Virus record (IMG/VR): IMGVR_UViG_3300031920_000341
Coordinates: 16,267-80,266 of that record
From: a virus
Lineage: Duplodnaviria; Heunggongvirae; Uroviricota; Caudoviricetes
Length of the DNA stretch: 64,000 nt
Strand: one strand, 5' to 3'
In this document: positions 58,573 to 64,000 of the stretch, piece by piece
Layout: every line of letters starts with the position of its first letter
Position numbering within the stretch: the stretch's first letter is position 1
The notes under the pieces: model-generated
The model's input: only the letters and a program-made list of their open reading frames with translations
What the model was told of the DNA's origin: nothing
Databases searched by the model: none
Program-made: the position numbers and the translations under genes

Positions 58573-58849
58573 CTACCACAGCTATTATGTCATTTTTCAT
58601 AATAACCTGGTATGATTTACCTTTGTGTGTATAAGTTAGTCCTGCGTATTTCATTATTAGTACTATATCATCTTCTTCAAAATTATTAGTGCCCTCAATT
58701 GCATTTGGCCCTATTGCTATAACCTTTCCTCTTACAGGCATTTCACGTGCATCTTCTGCAAGCATAATTCCACCTGATGTGGTACTTTTAGTTGGTTCGA
58801 GTTCTATAATAACTCTTTCAAATAATGGTCTTAATCCTATTCTGCTCAT
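58559..58849 (-). CDS. groES: Co-chaperonin GroES
   Basis: LRPLFERVII, TTSGGIML mobile loop, GKVIAIGP, KYAG, DIIAVV. Confidence 0.95.
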   Translation of the reverse strand: MSRIGLRPLFERVIIELEPTKSTTSGGIMLAEDAREMPVRGKVIAIGPNAIEGTNNFEEDDIVLIMKYAGLTYTHKGKSYQVIMKNDIIAVVDEEK

Positions 58850-58863
58850 CTTTATTTATTTTT

Positions 58864-59064
58864 TTAATCATTCTTGTCCATAAATGTTATTTTACCAGTC
58901 TTAGTATCATACCATACTATACCTTGTTTCCCAGCTTTAAATTCTTCTTCTGTTAAATTTTTACCGGGTGGTAATGAACTAGTACCTTTTATTACTATTT
59001 TTTTATAATAATTTAAATTTACTATTTTTTTATAATAATTTAAATTTACGGCTTTATTTTCCAT
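58864..59064 (-). CDS. Small hypothetical protein
   Basis: 66 aa; contains a duplicated VNLNYYKKI. Confidence 0.55.
   Translation of the reverse strand: MENKAVNLNYYKKIVNLNYYKKIVIKGTSSLPPGKNLTEEEFKAGKQGIVWYDTKTGKITFMDKND
58992..59049. repeat. Perfect 27-bp tandem duplication
   Basis: TTACTATTTTTTTATAATAATTTAAAT x2 plus TTAC. Confidence 0.95.
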
Positions 59065-59076
59065 AATATTCTATTT

Positions 59077-59280
59077 TTAATTAATATATGTTGAAAATTT
59101 CTCATCGGTTGCTTCATCCATAAATTCAAATGATTGTAGTAGAAAACATATTCCAAACATTACTATAAAAAACATTTCTGATAAATGTGATCTCATATAA
59201 TAATTAACAATACCAAAAAGCATAGTTGTAAATCCTATGATAGCAAATATAATTATTGGATAATTTAGTTTATTTTTCAT
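59077..59280 (-). CDS. Small two-TM membrane protein
   Basis: Two hydrophobic stretches in 67 aa. Confidence 0.6.
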   Translation of the reverse strand: MKNKLNYPIIIFAIIGFTTMLFGIVNYYMRSHLSEMFFIVMFGICFLLQSFEFMDEATDEKFSTYIN

Positions 59281-60413
59281 AACATTCCTTGTTCCATTTT
59301 TACATAACTCATAAATTCATGATAATTAAAATCTTTTGTATTTTTAACTATTTCAAATTTTTGTTTAATTGTATCAATTAATATTTCTGGTACATTATTA
59401 TAAGCTAATCTTATCATTTTTATATTAAAAAGAAGATTGTTCAGTAATTCTGCTTTTAATTTTCTTTCATCATTCTTTTTAGTAAGATTCTTTTTAATGA
59501 AAGTTGCATTAACTATGTCTGTTAAAAATTCTTCATTTCTTTCATCAATTAACTTAATAAAATCTTTTGAATTATATTTGCTTATTAATCCTGTTATTAT
59601 TGATCTTGCCTGTGCTTCACTTACGTTCATTCTTCTTCCTGAATCAGATAAATAGTGATACATACTCTGCACATTATCTCCTGGGTCTCCGTGAATGAGT
59701 TTAACCATTAATTCTATATTGAAGTCTGATTCTTCTACTGAGTATTCTCTTTGGTCTTTAAAATAATTAAATACATTAGAAATTTGAAGTGTATTATTAC
59801 TTAAATCAATTCCTGTATTTTCATGTAATGGTAAATATACCATTTTAACATTTTTATGTTGTCTTTTAGGTGTTACCATAAATGTAACATTATCTTCCCA
59901 TTTTAACAACTGAGCTAGGTCCATATCACCAGACCAAATTATATTATGGTCTTTTAATTGTTGAGTAAGATGAAATATTAAATCATCACCTTCGGCACCA
60001 CGTACAGATAATACAGTAATACCATCAATTGTAGCTAAATCAGGTGCAACAGCTTTAAAAAAATGTTTAAAGAATTTATATACGTTTTTCTTAGTATCTT
60101 TTCCTTTTTTTCTATTTCCTTTATATTCAAATGGTTCTATATTTGGATTACGATTACAAAATTTATTAGCATAATATTTTCTCCAACTATCATTATCAAG
60201 TACAAAGTATACTTTATTAATCATACTTTTATATGGAAACATAATATTACTAAGAAATTTCAAAGAAAAATTCTTGAAGAAATCTTTTGCTTCATCAGTA
60301 AGATTATCTTCATTATCAAATATTTCATTATATGATGAATTTTGTTTTAATAAATATAATGCAACAGGAGATATTACATTTAAAAATGCATGTCCGTCTA
60401 CTAATAAATTCAT
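59277..60413 (-). CDS. T4 RNase H-like 5'-3' exonuclease (FEN family)
   Basis: LLVDG, VLD..SWRK, YKGNRK, EGDD, SGDMDLAQL, GDPGDNV. Confidence 0.92.
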   Translation of the reverse strand: MNLLVDGHAFLNVISPVALYLLKQNSSYNEIFDNEDNLTDEAKDFFKNFSLKFLSNIMFPYKSMINKVYFVLDNDSWRKYYANKFCNRNPNIEPFEYKGNRKKGKDTKKNVYKFFKHFFKAVAPDLATIDGITVLSVRGAEGDDLIFHLTQQLKDHNIIWSGDMDLAQLLKWEDNVTFMVTPKRQHKNVKMVYLPLHENTGIDLSNNTLQISNVFNYFKDQREYSVEESDFNIELMVKLIHGDPGDNVQSMYHYLSDSGRRMNVSEAQARSIITGLISKYNSKDFIKLIDERNEEFLTDIVNATFIKKNLTKKNDERKLKAELLNNLLFNIKMIRLAYNNVPEILIDTIKQKFEIVKNTKDFNYHEFMSYVKMEQGML

Positions 60414-60415
60414 AG

Positions 60416-60625
60416 TTATTTCTTTTTTATTGGTTCTATAATTCCACCTTCTAATACACGAATACTTTTTGAAATTATTTCAGATTCATTTAAATTAAAT
60501 GCGCCTTTTGATTGTGCATATATTAAAGCTGAAACTATATTGACAACAGACATATCTAATGTCATATGTTGAACATATTGTTCGTATTCTTCTGATGTGA
60601 ATTTTAATTTTTCAAATAGGATCAT
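60416..60625 (-). CDS. Small hypothetical protein
   Basis: 69-aa ORF between the ssb and RNase H genes. Confidence 0.6.
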   Translation of the reverse strand: MILFEKLKFTSEEYEQYVQHMTLDMSVVNIVSALIYAQSKGAFNLNESEIISKSIRVLEGGIIEPIKKK

Positions 60626-60633
60626 AATAAATT

Positions 60634-60661
60634 AAAAAATGGGGGAATTGCTTCCCCCGTT
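60634..60661 (-). terminator. Intrinsic terminator after ssb gene
   Basis: GGGGGAA-gcaa-TTCCCCC followed by ATTTTTT on the minus strand. Confidence 0.8.
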
Positions 60662-60668
60662 ATTTCAA

Positions 60669-61886
60669 TTAAAGTTTTTCTAGCATTGTTGCAAAATTAG
60701 TATTTTCTAATTTTGTTTCCGTTGCAGGTTGATTTACTACAGGATCTTCTACTTTAGGTTGTACCTTATTAAGTTCTGTTTCCATATCCATTCCTGTATT
60801 TTGAACTACAGGAGGTTGAGCTTGCTCTTTAGCCACAATTGGTTTTTGAACTACAACCGGAGGAGTAACTAAACTCTCAGTTGGTTGATTATCAAATACA
60901 AATTTTCCTTCAGCTTCATTTATAACTGGTTTTTCAGCAGTAGGTATAATTGGTGCATTAGTAACAGTAGGCATTCCAGTAAATCCTTGTGCAATAGCTT
61001 CACGTTCTTTCATTTTACTAAGAATAAGAGTCTTAGTTTCTAAATCGCGTGTAGTAGAAAGTAATTCTTGTAAAATACTTGGGTATTGTACAATTGCAAT
61101 TATATAATCTGCAACTTTATCACGAATATCAACAGTCCAAGGCTTAAATTTATAAGCATCAAGATTTGGAGTTTCTGCTTTTAAGAAACGTGCTAATGGT
61201 GTTTCATCACTTTTTGTTGTCGCATCAAGCATTGCTTGATCAACAGTATATACTTGACCTTCAAATTGAAAAGTAAACGGAGTTACCTGTTCAACAAATT
61301 GACAGCTATCATAATCTTTATATTGTTTGTTTTTCTTACTAACAATACAGAAATAATCTTTACCTTCTAACATTGAGAAAGGATTGATTGATTTAACTAC
61401 ACCTATTCCAAGTGATTCTGGTTCAATTTGTTTTTCAATTTGTTTTAAAATAGTTATACCAAATGGCCAAAGTTTAATTTTTCCATTAAGAGTTGAGTCT
61501 TGCATATCTTTAATTATATAAACCGGAGCATATACATTCATGTAACGGTTAAAATTAACCTTTATTTCTTTTGCAAGATTTTCATCGATGTGATTACGTA
61601 TTTTATTACGCAATAATGTGTCTAAATCCCAAAGAATTGAAGATTGCCTAATTGTTGATGGGCATTCTACAAAAAATTTCTCTTTGGTAAGAGGATGTGT
61701 AAGTATCGCTTGATACTTTTTGTACATTGAATTATTTGGGTCTTTCCACCAAGGTATATACCTTATACCTGCTTTATAAACTCCATTTTGTCCCTTTGCT
61801 GGGTCCGGTGTAAATAAGTTTTCATCTCTGAATCCTTCATGTTGTTTTTGTACAAAATTGTCATTTTTTAAATTTCCTAAATCCAT
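60669..61886 (-). CDS. Single-stranded DNA-binding protein (gp32-like)
   Basis: YKAGIRYIP, ECPSTI, VYIIKD...NGKIKLWPFG, NPF..LEGKDY, DYDSCQF; low-complexity tail. Confidence 0.85.
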   Translation of the reverse strand: MDLGNLKNDNFVQKQHEGFRDENLFTPDPAKGQNGVYKAGIRYIPWWKDPNNSMYKKYQAILTHPLTKEKFFVECPSTIRQSSILWDLDTLLRNKIRNHIDENLAKEIKVNFNRYMNVYAPVYIIKDMQDSTLNGKIKLWPFGITILKQIEKQIEPESLGIGVVKSINPFSMLEGKDYFCIVSKKNKQYKDYDSCQFVEQVTPFTFQFEGQVYTVDQAMLDATTKSDETPLARFLKAETPNLDAYKFKPWTVDIRDKVADYIIAIVQYPSILQELLSTTRDLETKTLILSKMKEREAIAQGFTGMPTVTNAPIIPTAEKPVINEAEGKFVFDNQPTESLVTPPVVVQKPIVAKEQAQPPVVQNTGMDMETELNKVQPKVEDPVVNQPATETKLENTNFATMLEKL

Positions 61887-61947
61887 TTTCTGTCGTTTTT
61901 TTTAATTAATACTACTTTCGTAATTCGGCTCTATAGCCATCGTCTTT

Positions 61948-61974
61948 ATTATACTATTATTTATCTAAAAGTTT
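61948..61974 (-). promoter_or_regulatory. Putative promoter AAACT-N16-TATAAT upstream of ssb gene
   Basis: Exact motif and spacing. Confidence 0.6.
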
Positions 61975-61990
61975 TACTATATTTGAATAT

Positions 61991-64000
61991 TTAAGTGCAT
62001 AAGGAATAATCACAATGCTTGCATTTTATACAGCCTTCTAAGTACATTAAGCCTTCACTTTCATGACATTGTGGACACTTTGTATCTTTTGGTTCTAATC
62101 CACTTTTAATATACTTTTTGATCATTCTCATTAATCCAGATTTCCATGTACCAAATTCCGCGCCTTCAATAGTAATATTAAGACCACGTACAAGTTCATA
62201 TAATTTATCAAGTGGCATTCCGTGCCTTAGTACTGCTGAAATTAGCTTAGAAGTATTATGAAATTCACGTTCAAATGATCTGTTCAATCCTTGCATTGTA
62301 ACTTGATAACCATCTTTATCAGTATAAATAAAATCATACCTTGAACCATTGCCATTTTTGGTTCTATTTATTATTCCATTTTCAACATAAGTTGGTACAC
62401 TAAACGCTTCTTGTCTACCAGTAAATGTTTCATAAGGTTTATCTTTAAGTAATCCAATAAATCCTATCCATTTTTCACCTTGATTTTGAAAACGAATCAC
62501 ATCACATGGTAAATTAGCCGGACGTTTTGGTGCATGTGTTTCTTTTATTTCATTACCTCGATCATCAGATTCAACATTACTATCAACAGCAGCAAGAACA
62601 TTTGCCATTGTTCCGGCTCTATATGTTGTTCCACCTTTAATTGTACCAGTTTCGTATAGTGCAGTATAAATACCTTTAAAATCTTCGTAATTATAATCAT
62701 TTGGAAGATTTATTGTTTTACTCATTGCACTATCAATATGACGTGAAAATACTTCCATTGTATTTATATGTGCATCTATATCAAGACTATTTGTATCTGA
62801 TGCCCAATCTGCTTCGGGATCCCATTCATTAAGTTCTTTTAAATGTCTTACTGCATAATCTTGTACTAAATTCTCCTTTGTTAATCCTCTATTAGAATCT
62901 AACTTATATACAACATCATTAAATTCAGTACGAAGTAAATTATCATCACCTTCACGAATCCAATTCCAAATTGGTGGATTATCATCAGGATCCCAATCAT
63001 AAGTTCTACCTTCATAGCTAATATTCTTAGGTAAAATCAAACCTCTTGGTTTTTGAACTACTATAGAAGTCCTAATATACTCAAATAAGAATATTGGCTC
63101 TAATCCACTACTAATTACGTTTGCAAATGAAGATGTATTACCAGTTGGTTGTATTGAAAGTAAATGTGAATTTCTCATACCATTATTTTCAATCATTTCA
63201 AGTGTTTCTGGCCATAATTGTTTTATAAATTCACCAGCTAAATACTTTTCTTTATCATATAGCTTAAATGAACCCTTTTCTTTGGCTAGTAAACTAGATG
63301 TCTGATAAGCCCAATTTTTAATCTTATCCATTATATCATTAGTGAGATTAAGTGCTTCTTTTGAACCATATCGTTTTTTTAACATCATAAGCGCAGAACC
63401 GTATCCTACAACACCTAATCCAAGCCTACGTTTATCAGTTAAATTTTCTTTTTGTGATGGGAGTGGTACATATGTTATATCATTTACATTATCCATAAAA
63501 CGTACAGCAATACTAACTGATTCTTTCAAAGAATCATAATCAATTGTATCGTTTTTAATAAATTGTGTTAAATTTATTGAACCAAGTAAACATACTCCGC
63601 CTATCGCTAATAATTGTTCCCCACAATTGCCTGTTATACAATGACTTAAACTAAATGTATGTGTATCATCAAATACATGAATATCCCATACGTCTTCATA
63701 TAAATTGGTTTTTTCTATTGATTTAATTCTAATTATATTTTCATCTGTATTTTTTCTTTTATATTCTTTATCTAAATATTTTATTAATTTTTCTTGTTTT
63801 TGTTGATGTGTGAATTCAAAAGTTTTTGCAAATTTAATAGCATGGTGTCCATTTATATGTAATCTATATATTGTATATTCTTTGTTATATTTTTTCTTAT
63901 TTGGAAATGATGGATTATTTTGTACTTGCTTGTTTATTGTACTTTTAATACCATAAAATCCTAATATTTCTGAAATATCAGATAAAATTTCTTTGTTTTT
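61991..64000 (-). CDS. nrdJ: Class II (AdoCbl-dependent) ribonucleotide reductase, C-terminal part, intein-containing
   Basis: Frame is open to the window end. CGEQ..., VCLLGSINL, RRLGLG, IQPTG, SSGLEP, IDSAMSKTIN, TTYR; C-terminal Zn ribbon CPQC...EGCIKCKHCDYSLC. Confidence 0.93.
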   Translation of the reverse strand, partial: KNKEILSDISEILGFYGIKSTINKQVQNNPSFPNKKKYNKEYTIYRLHINGHHAIKFAKTFEFTHQQKQEKLIKYLDKEYKRKNTDENIIRIKSIEKTNLYEDVWDIHVFDDTHTFSLSHCITGNCGEQLLAIGGVCLLGSINLTQFIKNDTIDYDSLKESVSIAVRFMDNVNDITYVPLPSQKENLTDKRRLGLGVVGYGSALMMLKKRYGSKEALNLTNDIMDKIKNWAYQTSSLLAKEKGSFKLYDKEKYLAGEFIKQLWPETLEMIENNGMRNSHLLSIQPTGNTSSFANVISSGLEPIFLFEYIRTSIVVQKPRGLILPKNISYEGRTYDWDPDDNPPIWNWIREGDDNLLRTEFNDVVYKLDSNRGLTKENLVQDYAVRHLKELNEWDPEADWASDTNSLDIDAHINTMEVFSRHIDSAMSKTINLPNDYNYEDFKGIYTALYETGTIKGGTTYRAGTMANVLAAVDSNVESDDRGNEIKETHAPKRPANLPCDVIRFQNQGEKWIGFIGLLKDKPYETFTGRQEAFSVPTYVENGIINRTKNGNGSRYDFIYTDKDGYQVTMQGLNRSFEREFHNTSKLISAVLRHGMPLDKLYELVRGLNITIEGAEFGTWKSGLMRMIKKYIKSGLEPKDTKCPQCHESEGLMYLEGCIKCKHCDYSLCT
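63626..64000 (-). mobile_element. Intein (C-terminal part, with LAGLIDADG-type endonuclease remnant) in nrdJ
   Basis: ...ILGFYGIKS...YRLHI... (blocks E/H-like), IRIKSIEKTNLYEDVWDIHVFDDTHTFSLSHCITGN|CGEQ (blocks F/G). The +1 residue is the catalytic Cys. Confidence 0.9.

Noticed and set aside
58790-58805. GGTTCGA T-loop-like sequence suggesting a tRNA
   Set aside because: It lies inside groES and no cloverleaf is evident. No tRNA genes were recognised in the window.
13002-59049. Tandem repeats as CRISPR arrays
   Set aside because: No spacers; all are in-frame coding repeats; no cas genes.
476-63539. Short antisense or overlapping ORFs in the track (e.g. 476-715, 1316-1711, 9347-9697, 22543-22884, 44649-45101, 63342-63539)
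   Set aside because: They are shadows of well-supported genes and have no recognisable motifs.
1-64000. Stop-codon reassignment (TAG or TGA) as in Lak/crAss-like phages
   Set aside because: Genes are full length in the standard code. TAG ends genes (22458, 42457) and TGA ends genes in ATGA overlaps (2169). Reading through the uvsW TGA would not restore the frame.

Overview
AT-rich 64-kb segment of a large T4-like (jumbo) myophage genome read with the standard genetic code. The host is probably a Bacteroidota member, inferred from the NrdJ C-terminus and the general lack of Shine-Dalgarno sites. The plus strand mostly carries virion genes: baseplate, prohead protease-scaffold, major capsid, tail tube, tail sheath and putative internal head proteins. 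The minus strand carries replication and recombination genes (primase, family B polymerase, UvsW/UvsX/UvsY-like, gp41, gp46/47, gp32, RNase H, dUTPase, intein-containing NrdJ), GroEL/GroES, and a ~14-kb nonulosonic-acid/glycan biosynthesis cluster. The most unusual signals are: (1) a UvsW helicase in pieces, with a Hint-like remnant at the break and a conserved motif (VASY|GTFSTG) interrupted by exactly 4 nt (TGAC) at the foot of a ~16-bp hairpin, which suggests programmed recoding; (2) an intein-free DNA polymerase split in the fingers domain, with its halves 48.5 kb apart; (3) a NeuB plus NeuA-Maf-Maf glycosylation system; (4) a repeated AAACT-N16-TA(T/A)AAT promoter. All assignments come from motif recognition by eye; no searches were run.
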